Shown here one piece after another: positions 1 to 10,224 of a stretch of 64,000 nt of DNA. Source of the DNA: Candidatus Kapaibacterium sp. (GTDB taxonomy: Bacteria; Bacteroidota; Ignavibacteria; Kapaibacteriales; UBA2268); NCBI GenBank assembly GCA_937927515.1, contig CALBDO010000001.1:21773-85772 (forward strand). Direction: 5' to 3'. A model generated the notes under the pieces. It was not told where the DNA came from. It made no database searches and saw only the letters and a program-made list of their open reading frames with translations. Each line of letters starts with the position of its first letter. Position 1 is the first letter of the stretch. The position numbers and the translations under genes were made by a program.

Positions 1-397
1 GTTCACTATCTTTGGGTGGTCGCACTTGCCCACGAATGGTATCACCAGTGCGAAGACCAAAGCGCTTTATTTGAGAGGGAGAAACATAAACATCGTCTGG
101 GGAATTCAAATAATTATAGTCTGCGGAGCGTAAAAAGCCATAACCATCCGGGAGCACTTCAAGCACGCCAGTTGCACTCAGTATCTTCTCTTCGGGTGTT
201 TCTTTGCTTTTTTGTTGCGTTTGTGTCTCCAATATTTTAAGTATTAATTCTTGCTTACGTAAATCTGAAAAATCTGTTATGCCCAAAGATTTGGCAATCG
301 CAGTCAACTCCGCTATCTTTTTGGATTTTAGAACCTCAATATCAATCATCCCCTTTGCTGTTGAAAGATTGTTTCCGTTGGTTTTTGTAGTTGGCAT
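1..397 (-). CDS. rho: Transcription termination factor Rho, N-terminal part (runs off window start)
   Basis: Absent from the ORF track; translated by hand from ATG 397 (GGAG SD upstream): MPTTKTNGNNLSTAKGMIDIEVLKSKKIAELTAIAKSLGITDFSDLRKQELILKIL...GVLEVLPDGYGFLRSADYNYLNSPDDVYVSPSQIKRFGLRTGDTIRGQVRPPK. This is the classic Rho RNA-binding domain. Confidence 0.96.
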   Translation of the reverse strand, partial: MPTTKTNGNNLSTAKGMIDIEVLKSKKIAELTAIAKSLGITDFSDLRKQELILKILETQTQQKSKETPEEKILSATGVLEVLPDGYGFLRSADYNYLNSPDDVYVSPSQIKRFGLRTGDTIRGQVRPPKDSE

Positions 398-510
398 TTT
401 TATCTCCAAAATTTAGTTATTATTTTTTTAATTTTTCTGATTATTATTTTTTTAAGAAAATTTTTTATATTTTCAAAATTTAAAACGAATTTAACAAAAA
501 ATTGTTTTTT

Positions 511-770
511 ATGCAAGGGAAGTGGATAAAAATATTGATTGTATTAGGATTTTTTGGAATAGTATTAATTGCTTACGTAGACAATGTCATCGAAATTAAT
601 AGACTGTACAAGGACAATCTAAAACTAAAGAACCAGCTCCAAGATATAAAAGAACGCAGAACCAAAATTTTGAAAAGAATTAATGATTTGGAATCGCCAG
701 AACGTATTTTTGATTATGCTCAGAGAAACCTTGGAATGAAATTGCCCGATAAGCCAGCTAAGAAGTTATA
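511..770 (+). CDS. FtsL/DivIC-like bitopic cell-division protein
   Basis: One N-terminal TM helix, a coiled coil and a C-terminal LESPERIFDYAQRNLGM FtsL-like motif. ATG 511 preferred over TTG 502; stop at about 769-771. Confidence 0.7.
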
Positions 771-779
771 AATGAACTA

Positions 780-807
780 GGGGCTACCTTTCAGAGAAGG
801 TAGCCCC
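780..807. terminator. Intrinsic terminator hairpin between convergent ftsL-like gene and susD
   Basis: GGGGCTACCTT-tcagag-AAGGTAGCCCC, a perfect 11-bp stem followed by ATTTTT on +. Confidence 0.85.
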
Positions 808-818
808 ATTTTTAATTA

Positions 819-2186
819 TTATGGATTCCAGTATGTCTTGTCCCACCAAAGCTTTTCAGTAAATATAAAATCTGGATTTTGAAAATTAGGAGCAACAGCT
901 TTAACATTTTGGAAGTTATACAAACGCTCGGATTGTGGGTATGGGAACCTCCGTGGGATTGTATTCCCTTTAACAGGGGTCAATACTGGATATCCGGTTC
1001 GTCGCCAATCAGTGTATACCTCTGGAGAGAAGAAGCAAGCAATGTACTTTTGTGTCAATATGTTCTCTAAACTTAGATTATTTTCACCAACATCAACGCT
1101 CGGCTGATTAAAGTAAGCTTGCGCATCGGGGTCTGCAACACCAACTTTTTTCATAGATGCTAAAATTCCTTCTTTGTAAGCATTGTATGCAGCGTTTTTG
1201 TTTCCCTTTGCAAACTGGCATTCCGACTCAATGAATTTCGCTTCTACATAAGTAATAAACGGTACCGGTGAATTAATGCTAGCATAAAATGGTCCTAGTG
1301 GAGAATTTTCTGAGTATAGTCCATTGTCATCTTTCTTAGCAAAGAAGGGTCTTCGAGGGTCATTAAATTGATTCATCAATTCCATTAGCTTCGGTCCCAT
1401 ATTCACATCGCCTCTTTGAACATCGAACTGATAAAGCGGATTGGCTTCGGTTTCTTTATCAGTAAATGTAATCTGCATATCATCATCATTACTTGTAAAA
1501 CCATTTTGCAATGCTGCAAGTGCTTCGTCATACTTCTTCAAATGCAAATAGTATCTAGCTTTCAAAGTATAAGCAGCTTTTATCCACTTTGCAACTTTGC
1601 CGCCATACATAAAATCATCTGCTCCAGGTTTTAGCACACTGGTCGTGCTTTTTAAATTATTAATAGCATTGTCCAACAATGCAAAAATAGAATTATAAAT
1701 CTGTTCTTGGGTATCGTACTTTGGTGCAAGAGTTTTCGTACCTTTGAATGCATCGTTGTAAGGAATATCCCCCATCAAATCAGTCCACATACCCAAACTG
1801 AACGCCATCAAAACTTGGGCTGCGCCTTTATAATAGGGTGAATTCAGCTCATCGGCTTTATTAATTATAAAGTATAAATCCATCATTGGACCGGCATACA
1901 TAGTATTCCAAGCATTGTCGATGTCATCTTCTTTAAAAGTGTAATTATAAATTCCTTGGTGTTGGCGGTTCCAACCATAAAATTGTTGAGTAAAACAACC
2001 AGTAAACCTACCAATATCTCCCCCAAGAACATATGCTATTCCGACTTGTGTTGTAGGAAGAACTGTTTTCAAAGGTACATCCGATGGACTAGTTGGGTCG
2101 ACATTCAAATTCGGGTCGATCCAACTATTGCAAGCAAACATTGCAAAAGCAAATCCCAATAAAATTAGCAATGATTTTATTTTCAT
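819..2186 (-). CDS. SusD/RagB family outer-membrane lipoprotein
   Basis: Lipobox FAMFAC, NVDPT, GDIPY, YDTQEQIY, QKYIA..EVYTDWRRTGYP, PRRFPYP, LWWD; GGAG SD; lies directly downstream of susC. Confidence 0.95.
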   Translation of the reverse strand: MKIKSLLILLGFAFAMFACNSWIDPNLNVDPTSPSDVPLKTVLPTTQVGIAYVLGGDIGRFTGCFTQQFYGWNRQHQGIYNYTFKEDDIDNAWNTMYAGPMMDLYFIINKADELNSPYYKGAAQVLMAFSLGMWTDLMGDIPYNDAFKGTKTLAPKYDTQEQIYNSIFALLDNAINNLKSTTSVLKPGADDFMYGGKVAKWIKAAYTLKARYYLHLKKYDEALAALQNGFTSNDDDMQITFTDKETEANPLYQFDVQRGDVNMGPKLMELMNQFNDPRRPFFAKKDDNGLYSENSPLGPFYASINSPVPFITYVEAKFIESECQFAKGNKNAAYNAYKEGILASMKKVGVADPDAQAYFNQPSVDVGENNLSLENILTQKYIACFFSPEVYTDWRRTGYPVLTPVKGNTIPRRFPYPQSERLYNFQNVKAVAPNFQNPDFIFTEKLWWDKTYWNP

Positions 2187-2211
2187 ATTTTTCTCCTATT
2201 TGTTAAACCTA

Positions 2212-5200
2212 TTAGAAATCAACTGTAATAGTAAAGTTGTAACTTCGAACACCTGGCATATTGAAATAATCCAGTCCCTGAGCACTGTAGGCTCCCATTA
2301 AGTTCGTTTCGGGGTCAACACCTTTGTATTTGGTGCTTAACCACAAATTACGTCCAGTGAAGGTTAGCACAACATTTGAGAATGGTGTATACCCAACAAC
2401 AGATTTTGGAAGAGTATAGGAGAGACTCAACTCGCGCAATCTAACCCAACTTGCATCCTCAACAAAGTCTTCAGTATTGCTTCCAAAGAAACCATTTGCA
2501 TTGCCGAATGCAAGCCATTTTTGATTAATTCTGACAGGAATATCGTTCTTACCGCTCGTCTGCAATTCGCCATTTTCATCGAAATGTCCTTTCACTCCAG
2601 AGAAGACCTTCTCGTAATCTCTATTCTCCGTTTCTATATGAGTACCAAAGTAGTACAGTGCACTCCTTGTACCGTTCCAAATCTTACCACCTTGTCTAAC
2701 GTCAATTAGGAAGGAAAGTGCTAGTCCTTTCCAGCTAATCGAATTTCTAAACCCAAGTAAGAAATCGGGATTGAAAGAGCCAAAATCTTTTTCGTTATTA
2801 ACATCAAGAATTGGGAAACCATACTCTTCACTGTTGGGGTCGTCGTTTATGACAATTTCGCCAGTTTTGGGGTCTCGAAGCCAGCCAAAGCCAAAAATAG
2901 AACCATAGGGTTTACCTGCAACAATCCTTACAGACGAACCAGCAAAACCACCTAAGAAAATATTATCTATTCCCTCATAAAGCTCATCAACCATGTTCTT
3001 ATTTGTCGAAAAATTCAAATTCACATCCCATCTCCAATCGGCTGTATTTAGGGGTGTTATGTTGAGAACAGCTTCGAAACCCTTGTTTGAAATCTTCCCA
3101 GCATTGAACACTGTTGCATAATAGCCAGTACTTCGAGCAATTGGAACACTAAATATCTGGTCTTTACTAACAGAATTATAATAGGTCAAATCCAACGAGA
3201 ATAAATTATCTAAAAATGCTAAATTCATGCCAACTTCCCAAGATGTTGTTTTTTCTGGGCGAAGTTTATCATTACCTAAAACGTCGCCAGAAACAAACCC
3301 TACTTGATTGTTAAACGGGAATGAGACTCCATTTGTGTAACCATCACCATATGCAGCTTGGATAAATGGTGTTGTCGTTGCATACATCGGGGCATCTTTT
3401 CCTACAATAGCATAATTAAATCGGAACTTACCAAAATTAAGAAAACTTTTTTCAAACACATCTTTTAAAAGGCTTGTAAATACAATGCTAAAACTTCCCT
3501 GCCCATACCAGAAAGAGTTATTATCTTTAGGTAAGGTTGTGGACATATCGTTTCGAATTGAACCATTGAAATATAACCATTCTTGATAGTCGAGTGTTAA
3601 ATCGCCATAAAATCCTAATCGTCGCAATTTCCCACGGGATTCTCGAACTAGTTGACTGGTCGTATTAGAAATATGATAGAAATTTGGAACAATTAAGCCA
3701 TCCCCTTGAGTGTACAATGAACTACCAATAGATTGATATAAATTATTTCCAACCATCAACTTACCTACCAAGTCGTCTGTTATGTTATAATTAAAAGATA
3801 AAATTAAATCAGAAGTTAAATCATTGCTATAAATTTCGTGGTTGAAAATTTGCCCAGCGGGAACAGTCCGAGAATTAATTGCAAATTCTTGCTTGCGTTT
3901 GTCAAAGTAAATATCGGCACCAATTCTATACATTAAATCAATATATTGATTGAAAAAATAATTCAACTGGATGTTACCAATAAACCTATCTACGTTGTCA
4001 AAGAATGGGTTTTTAACTACAGTCCAATAAGGATTATCATACCCACCACCACCACGATAGGTCCTCTGCGCACCATCTGGAAACATATAGGCATCTGGAT
4101 GGTTGTAAGCTTCTTTCCCATAACCGTTGGAATTATCAAAAGTGATAGGTGTTCTTAGCAAACCGAGCATAACACCAGAAATGTTGCTACCTTGCTGAGC
4201 TCTTCTACCACCCGAGTATGTGTAATTAACATTTCCAGCAGCTTTAAGCTTGGAAGAAATTCTCGCTTCGCCATTGAACCTAATTGTCTGACGATTAAAA
4301 CTTGTTAATGGGACAATACCCGAAGACTTCGAGTTTGAAAGAGATAAGTAAAAAGAACCCAAATCAGTGCCACCAGCCATCGATAGATTTTGCGTATTAG
4401 TCATACCAGTGATAAAGAAATTTTTCAAATTATCATAAGGTTCAACCTTCTTGAATCTTGATGGATTGTTTACACTATCGACAAGATATTTTCCAACTAA
4501 ATTTCCGTACTTGTTGAATCTATTAGTACTTTCCAAATCCCAATATAACGTATCAATATTAGCTCCCCAACTTCGAGGTTCATTTGAACCTGGTTGCACA
4601 AATTTTCCATTTAAACCTTGAGAGAACTTCATCTGCATTTCTGGAAGCTTATTGACTTCCTCGAGGCTTGTAGTTGCAGAAAATGTAACATTTATTCTAT
4701 CGCTTACACTGGCGGTGCCTTTCTTTGTTGTTATAACAATTGCACCGTTGGCTGCGCGTATTCCATATAGCGCGGTAGCAGCAGGGCCTTTCAGAACCGT
4801 AACCGAGGCAATATCATCTGGATTTAAGTCGATAGCACGATTAGAATATGCAACTCCGGAAAGAAGATTATTCGAGCCATTATCTGGATTGCCACTGTAT
4901 ACCATCGAGTTGTCAATTGGAATACCATCAACAATAAACAAAGGCTGGTTGCCACCCAAGAATGAATTCTGACCGCGAATCTGAATGTACGCAGAAGCAC
5001 CTGGTACCCCAGTAGAATTTGTAACCTGAACTCCTGCCACTTTACCAGTTATGGAGTTAACGATATTTGTAACCTTTGCTTCCGAAACAATATTTCCTGT
5101 CACTTCTTCGTAAGCATAGCCAATAGATTTCTTCTCCCTTTCCAAACCTATTGCAGTTACAACTACTTCTTCAGTAAGGAGCTTATCCTCTTCAAGAGCA

Positions 5201-5478
5201 ACAGAAAAGTAGTCCTTGTCGCCTATGTTTACCTCTTTGGTTTTCATACCAACGCGTCGAAAAACAAGAGTTCTTGCGTTTGGTGGCAGACGCAGCGAGA
5301 ATGTACCATCAAGTTTAGTGTAAGTACCTACGGCGGTACCTTTTACAATAACAGTTACACCAGAAAGGGCATTGCCACTCTCATCAGTAACTTTGCCCGT
5401 TACAACTCTGCCTTGGGCAAAAGCAAATGATGAAGAGAGAAATAAAAACAAAAACAAAGAATAAATTAGTTTTTTCAT
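2212..5478 (-). CDS. SusC/RagA family TonB-dependent outer-membrane transporter
   Basis: Signal peptide (SFAFA-Q), CarboxypepD_reg-like N-domain, plug motifs PLFIVDGIP and DLNPDDIASVTVLKGPAATALYGIRAANGAIVITTKKG, LRPEKT, C-terminal Phe. ATG 5478 preferred. Confidence 0.96.
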   Translation of the reverse strand: MKKLIYSLFLFLFLSSSFAFAQGRVVTGKVTDESGNALSGVTVIVKGTAVGTYTKLDGTFSLRLPPNARTLVFRRVGMKTKEVNIGDKDYFSVALEEDKLLTEEVVVTAIGLEREKKSIGYAYEEVTGNIVSEAKVTNIVNSITGKVAGVQVTNSTGVPGASAYIQIRGQNSFLGGNQPLFIVDGIPIDNSMVYSGNPDNGSNNLLSGVAYSNRAIDLNPDDIASVTVLKGPAATALYGIRAANGAIVITTKKGTASVSDRINVTFSATTSLEEVNKLPEMQMKFSQGLNGKFVQPGSNEPRSWGANIDTLYWDLESTNRFNKYGNLVGKYLVDSVNNPSRFKKVEPYDNLKNFFITGMTNTQNLSMAGGTDLGSFYLSLSNSKSSGIVPLTSFNRQTIRFNGEARISSKLKAAGNVNYTYSGGRRAQQGSNISGVMLGLLRTPITFDNSNGYGKEAYNHPDAYMFPDGAQRTYRGGGGYDNPYWTVVKNPFFDNVDRFIGNIQLNYFFNQYIDLMYRIGADIYFDKRKQEFAINSRTVPAGQIFNHEIYSNDLTSDLILSFNYNITDDLVGKLMVGNNLYQSIGSSLYTQGDGLIVPNFYHISNTTSQLVRESRGKLRRLGFYGDLTLDYQEWLYFNGSIRNDMSTTLPKDNNSFWYGQGSFSIVFTSLLKDVFEKSFLNFGKFRFNYAIVGKDAPMYATTTPFIQAAYGDGYTNGVSFPFNNQVGFVSGDVLGNDKLRPEKTTSWEVGMNLAFLDNLFSLDLTYYNSVSKDQIFSVPIARSTGYYATVFNAGKISNKGFEAVLNITPLNTADWRWDVNLNFSTNKNMVDELYEGIDNIFLGGFAGSSVRIVAGKPYGSIFGFGWLRDPKTGEIVINDDPNSEEYGFPILDVNNEKDFGSFNPDFLLGFRNSISWKGLALSFLIDVRQGGKIWNGTRSALYYFGTHIETENRDYEKVFSGVKGHFDENGELQTSGKNDIPVRINQKWLAFGNANGFFGSNTEDFVEDASWVRLRELSLSYTLPKSVVGYTPFSNVVLTFTGRNLWLSTKYKGVDPETNLMGAYSAQGLDYFNMPGVRSYNFTITVDF

Positions 5479-5521
5479 ACTCCCACAACCATTATTTAAC
5501 ATAAATTTACAAACATTAAAA

Positions 5522-5623
5522 TTACGAAGAAGGAACGCAGACGCTTAGAGCTTGGTTGATTTCAAGTAAATTTAAAAAAGGTTTGTCTCGAATATTAAAA
5601 CCATAGTTTTTAAACGCGTTCAT
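5522..5623 (-). CDS. Putative 33-aa upstream leader peptide of susC
   Basis: ATG 5623 preceded by GGGGG at 6-nt spacing; MNAFKNYGFNIRDKPFLNLLEINQALSVCVPSS*; stops 43 nt before the susC ATG. Confidence 0.4.
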   Translation of the reverse strand: MNAFKNYGFNIRDKPFLNLLEINQALSVCVPSS

Positions 5624-5799
5624 ATGCAACCCCCAAATGTAAATTTTAAAAAAGGAAATAAAAAAAGTAAGTAAAATTGCAAGCAAAACACAAAACAAAT
5701 TTCTATAAATTTCTCTTCCATTGATGTAACAAATTACTCAAACAAATTCAAATTTGCAAATTTTTTTTAACAATTTCTTAACTTTTGAATTCAATCCAA

Positions 5800-7068
5800 T
5801 TAATATTTTCTCAATATTCGAAATTCTGAATTTAAAATATCGAATGATATTTGTGTTTTTTTGAATATGTCTAAACCTAAAATCCCATCTATCTTGAAAA
5901 AGTAATTATTTGTTAATCTTATGGTATTAATATCATAGAAAGACACCCTAAAAGTATCGATGTAAACCTCGAAATAAGGTACAACCCAGCTAGGACTAAA
6001 ACGCCATCCCCCAACAGAACCGATTTTTTTCGTCTGTTCATAAATTTTTTGAAAACTGACCTTTTGAAAAACATTTTCAGTTAAATAACTTCGCTCGGAA
6101 CCAAGGTCCAATGCAAAAAGAATCTTCTTATTTTGAAACTCTCCAATTACGATTGGAACACCATACCAAAAAAAGTTTGATTTAAAATTACTTTTTTTAC
6201 TCGGTTTCTCTAAAATCATTATGTTTTTATTGTAATCGATGGTAACCTTAACATTTTGCATAAATCTCCAACCGAGAATTCCATAAATTTCTACGGGAAC
6301 TTTTGAAGCCCACAGATTTAGTTTTAAATTATATTCATCGACAATTAAGGCTGGATGATTGATGATTTCAAGATTTCCAATACTTAACGCTGGTATATAT
6401 GTAGGGATAACATCAACTTTGTAGTTTGTATAGGTAATAGCTTTGCTCTTCTCTTTTGTGATAATTGGTAAATTACAATCCTCTGCGGTCTTGGATGAAA
6501 CTATAGTATAATTTGAACCACTATCGAACCAAAAATTCCTAGTCTTTCCATTGATTTGAACTTGAACAATTATTGCTCCGTTTGGTGCAGTTGAAAACGA
6601 CAAGCTATCTATTTCCTTTTTAAAAAAAACTTTTTGACTATCGATGGAAGCAAATATCTGGGCAACAAGGAAAACACTATCTGGGTCGTAGAAATAAAAT
6701 TTACTTTCCGGTATCAACTCTTTCCATTTGGATTGAAATATCAAAGAGTATGCAAGAAATTGTAAATATTCATTTTTAAAAGTGCTATTATCGTTTTTAG
6801 AGATGATATTTCTCACCTTATTTTCCACAAATTGAAATTCATTTAGAAGTAAATTCCTTATTACATATAGAAAATCAACTTCCTCTTTCGTTAAGTTATC
6901 AAATTTTAAGTTATCCAGCTCCAAATTTCTTGCTTTATCTATGAAAGTCTTATTGTCTAGCAAAAGTTTAATGTTATTATACTCTTTATCTTTAAGGGTA
7001 GAACAATATGGAAGCATTATAAAAGAAAAGGCTAAAAATCCAAATTTCGAAAATATACGCTTTTGCAT
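5800..7068 (-). CDS. Two-domain retropepsin-like aspartyl protease, probable lipoprotein
   Basis: Two aspartic motifs (FWFDSGS, ALDLGS), each with a GILG motif; N-terminal hydrophobic stretch ending in Cys. Confidence 0.8.
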   Translation of the reverse strand: MQKRIFSKFGFLAFSFIMLPYCSTLKDKEYNNIKLLLDNKTFIDKARNLELDNLKFDNLTKEEVDFLYVIRNLLLNEFQFVENKVRNIISKNDNSTFKNEYLQFLAYSLIFQSKWKELIPESKFYFYDPDSVFLVAQIFASIDSQKVFFKKEIDSLSFSTAPNGAIIVQVQINGKTRNFWFDSGSNYTIVSSKTAEDCNLPIITKEKSKAITYTNYKVDVIPTYIPALSIGNLEIINHPALIVDEYNLKLNLWASKVPVEIYGILGWRFMQNVKVTIDYNKNIMILEKPSKKSNFKSNFFWYGVPIVIGEFQNKKILFALDLGSERSYLTENVFQKVSFQKIYEQTKKIGSVGGWRFSPSWVVPYFEVYIDTFRVSFYDINTIRLTNNYFFKIDGILGLDIFKKTQISFDILNSEFRILRKY

Positions 7069-7119
7069 TGCAGTGCTAAATTAAATAAAAATCCTTTATG
7101 GAGAAAAGAATGAATTGAA

Positions 7120-8019
7120 TTATGTGCGTCTCGTTTTGAAAAGAAAAGAGGTAAAGTTCTGGAGAAGAATGCCTGCAATAATCAAAAAAATACCTAAAAG
7201 GGTAAAAATTGAAATATTTTCTTTCAATACTAGACTAATAAAAGCCAAAGAAATCACAGGTGATAGATATATCAAATTATTGACCTTTGCTGGGTTGGCA
7301 GCCATTTTCAATGCTTTATTCCACAAAATAAAAGTAACCCCCATCTCAAAAATACCAACATATATAACTGGTAGTAAACCATAAAAATTTGGTATTTGAA
7401 CATACCCATTAATGAATAGATAAATCCAGCCATAAAAAGCTCCAAATGTGAAGTTTAGAAACAAACGCATCTCGTCGTCTTTTTCAGACATTATATTGAG
7501 CAACCAAGAAACTCCCCAAATAACCGAACTTGCCATCGCCAGAAAAGCACCATAATGATTTGAAGGTTTCAAAGAAACAATGCTCCCCTTTGAAAGGATG
7601 ATTAAAACACCAATGAAACTAATAAAAAGGGAGATATAAGAAATAAAATTCACTTTTTTCTTTTGGAAAATGCTCGTTAATATTGTCAGCACAATTGCCC
7701 AAGTGTAATTCAACGATAGAGCTTCTTGGGCGGGGAGTAATGAATAAGCTTTAAACAAAACTAAATAGTAAAGAAAAGGGTTGAGAAATCCAATTAGTAA
7801 AGACTTTAAAAAAAAACTAAATTTCAGCGTATTCAAAAGGAGCAGTTTGCCTGTCAGGAGTAATGCTATTAGTAAAACAATCGAAGCTGTCGTTGAAGCT
7901 AAGACAAGCAATTGATATGGGTTAACATACATTAAAGCTATCTTAAATGCAGTAGCAACCGTTGACCAAAATATTACCGATAACGATGCAAGTAATATAG
8001 ATTTAGTTTCATTAGCCAT
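7120..8019 (-). CDS. DMT/EamA family transporter
   Basis: About 10 TM helices; WSTVATAFK, AYSLLPAQEA..LNYTW, YLSPVISL. Confidence 0.9.
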   Translation of the reverse strand: MANETKSILLASLSVIFWSTVATAFKIALMYVNPYQLLVLASTTASIVLLIALLLTGKLLLLNTLKFSFFLKSLLIGFLNPFLYYLVLFKAYSLLPAQEALSLNYTWAIVLTILTSIFQKKKVNFISYISLFISFIGVLIILSKGSIVSLKPSNHYGAFLAMASSVIWGVSWLLNIMSEKDDEMRLFLNFTFGAFYGWIYLFINGYVQIPNFYGLLPVIYVGIFEMGVTFILWNKALKMAANPAKVNNLIYLSPVISLAFISLVLKENISIFTLLGIFLIIAGILLQNFTSFLFKTRRT

Positions 8020-10142
8020 TAATTCTTTTGAATTATCTCATAGTAAATCTTATTACCACTATCAATAGTGATTATGTAGATTCCTTTTGGCAGAAGAGAA
8101 GCCTCTGGAATTACAATAACATTATTTATTCCACTTGGCATGAGAGCCTTTGTGATTAGTTTTCTACCAAGAAAGTCAACAACTGTTAGCTCTAAAGGAT
8201 ATTTAACCATCTCACCAATTTGCACAAATAAAGTTCGGTTTCCGATAATTGGATTAGGAAAAACTTTAAATATTTTAGGCTCTCCCTCAAAAGCTGAAAG
8301 ATAAATATCAGTTACTTCGCAGAGGACAGAAGCTGTATCAATAAAAACAGAATCAGGAAAGAATGGCAAGGAAGTTTTGAAAGTAGAAATTCTATCGTAG
8401 GTAAAAAATGTTTTTGTAAAAACAGTATCAAGATTCTTGAAAAGTATTTTAATGGGAGTAATGAAGGCTTCTGGTACATTAGTGCCAGACTGTACCTGGG
8501 AAAGCAGTATTTCTGCATCATAAAAACCTGAGTCATTAGGATATCTATGAACATTAATATTTAACGAAAAAATTGGGTGGCCAGCTTTGAATAACCATTG
8601 ATTAAAAAAAGTATCTATATCGAATGACGGGTTTTCAACATTATTTTTAAAATAATTTATAAACTCTTCGGTTGTAATAGATTGAAATGAATAATCAATT
8701 AGAAACTTACGAAAAATTTTGAAAAATAAAGAGTCACCTAAATTTTCTTTAAGCATATGATAAATCCAACTAGATTTTTGATATACCAAGACAGCATACT
8801 CACCAAAAATGGTATTAGTTGGAAGTCCGTAAATAGCAGGAAGTTCAATTCCACCTTTTTTTAGATATTCTCTTCGAGCACTTAGAGTGAAGTAGTTGTA
8901 ACCATTCTTCCCCCACAAACTTTCGGCGTAAAGTGCTTCACTCCAAGTTGCACCGCCTTCATTAAACCAAATATCATTCCAAGTAGCACAGGTCACAAGG
9001 TCACCAATCCATTGATGCGCTAATTCATGAGCAATACCAAATTGTACATTTTGCCTAAGCCAAACTCGATTAATTGAAGTTATAGTTTGATGCTCCATTC
9101 CGCCAAAATGAAACGGCATTAGTACAACCATCCCATATTTGACAAAAGGATATTCTATAAAAATTCTCGAGAAAAATTCCATCATTCTCGGTGTGGTTTG
9201 TAAAGTATTCTTAGCATTGTATTCTGAGCCGTCAGTTTTGGTAGCATTGTAGTCTTTTTCCCAAACGTAGTACTGAATTTCGACCGAATCTTGTACAGAT
9301 GTTACTTTTCTATACCAGTCATTGTACATAATATACTTCGAAGCTGTAACAGCAATTAAATACGTTGCTAAAGGTTTGTCTGAGACCCAAAAGAAAATTT
9401 TTGCTGTGTCCCCATCTTTGGCGATTTCAGACAGGTATCCATTAGAGGCAACAAGATAGTCCTTTGGAACTCGAACAGTTATTTTAGCATTTGCTTTATC
9501 ATAAGGTGCATCATTACAGGGCATCCAGTAACGAGCATCCTCTGGTTCACTCATTGTATATGCTATTCGTTCTTCTACGAAAACAGAATCGTAAAATGGC
9601 GCTGGTAAGCGACCTACGAATTTACCTTTAGGATACAGAAAAAAACCACGGTAATTACTTTCTGGGATATTCCTTGCATATGTATAAAAAATCGTCACTT
9701 TGCAAAGCTCATCCAAACTCAATTTTTTTGGCAATGACACTGTTAATTTTCCATTTGAAATTTTAGGAGTAGGCAGGATTTTTGTCCTTTGATTTTCAAT
9801 TTCAACAAACACAGAATCAATTAAAAGAGCATTAGCATCCAATTCAATTTGTTCCAAATTTGACTCTAAAGATTTCAACGTAATGATATTTCTGCCCCAC
9901 CAAACCCTATCAATCGAATCCATGCTTGTCGGATTTTTCATAACATTGTACCAATCAAGAAATAAATCGTAATCTAAGACATCATATGGCCTTTTACTCA
10001 AGCCAAGAAAAACTTCGGAGGAGAAGTTTTTGTTCTTTATAGGGAAAATTATTTGCTCGGGAGTGTCATTGAAAATAGTCGTGGATAGAGCATGCATTAA
10101 GTTCAAGAAGACAAAAGCTAATACAAATAAAATTTCACGCAT
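8019..10142 (-). CDS. M1 family aminopeptidase with T9SS-type C-terminal domain
   Basis: GGMEH exopeptidase motif, HELAH..NEG zinc motif, signal peptide, C-terminal VFPNP...DFLGR...LPKGIYII. Confidence 0.92.
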   Translation of the reverse strand: MREILFVLAFVFLNLMHALSTTIFNDTPEQIIFPIKNKNFSSEVFLGLSKRPYDVLDYDLFLDWYNVMKNPTSMDSIDRVWWGRNIITLKSLESNLEQIELDANALLIDSVFVEIENQRTKILPTPKISNGKLTVSLPKKLSLDELCKVTIFYTYARNIPESNYRGFFLYPKGKFVGRLPAPFYDSVFVEERIAYTMSEPEDARYWMPCNDAPYDKANAKITVRVPKDYLVASNGYLSEIAKDGDTAKIFFWVSDKPLATYLIAVTASKYIMYNDWYRKVTSVQDSVEIQYYVWEKDYNATKTDGSEYNAKNTLQTTPRMMEFFSRIFIEYPFVKYGMVVLMPFHFGGMEHQTITSINRVWLRQNVQFGIAHELAHQWIGDLVTCATWNDIWFNEGGATWSEALYAESLWGKNGYNYFTLSARREYLKKGGIELPAIYGLPTNTIFGEYAVLVYQKSSWIYHMLKENLGDSLFFKIFRKFLIDYSFQSITTEEFINYFKNNVENPSFDIDTFFNQWLFKAGHPIFSLNINVHRYPNDSGFYDAEILLSQVQSGTNVPEAFITPIKILFKNLDTVFTKTFFTYDRISTFKTSLPFFPDSVFIDTASVLCEVTDIYLSAFEGEPKIFKVFPNPIIGNRTLFVQIGEMVKYPLELTVVDFLGRKLITKALMPSGINNVIVIPEASLLPKGIYIITIDSGNKIYYEIIQKN

Positions 10143-10224
10143 ACAAAACCTTAACAATTACTAAATAACAAAAACGTTAAAATAAAATGTAACGAATTTA
10201 AATACAATTTACTGTAAAACACTT

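Noticed and set aside
16-416. ORFs 16..240 and 204..416 (+)
   Set aside because: They are antisense shadows of the rho N-terminus on the - strand.
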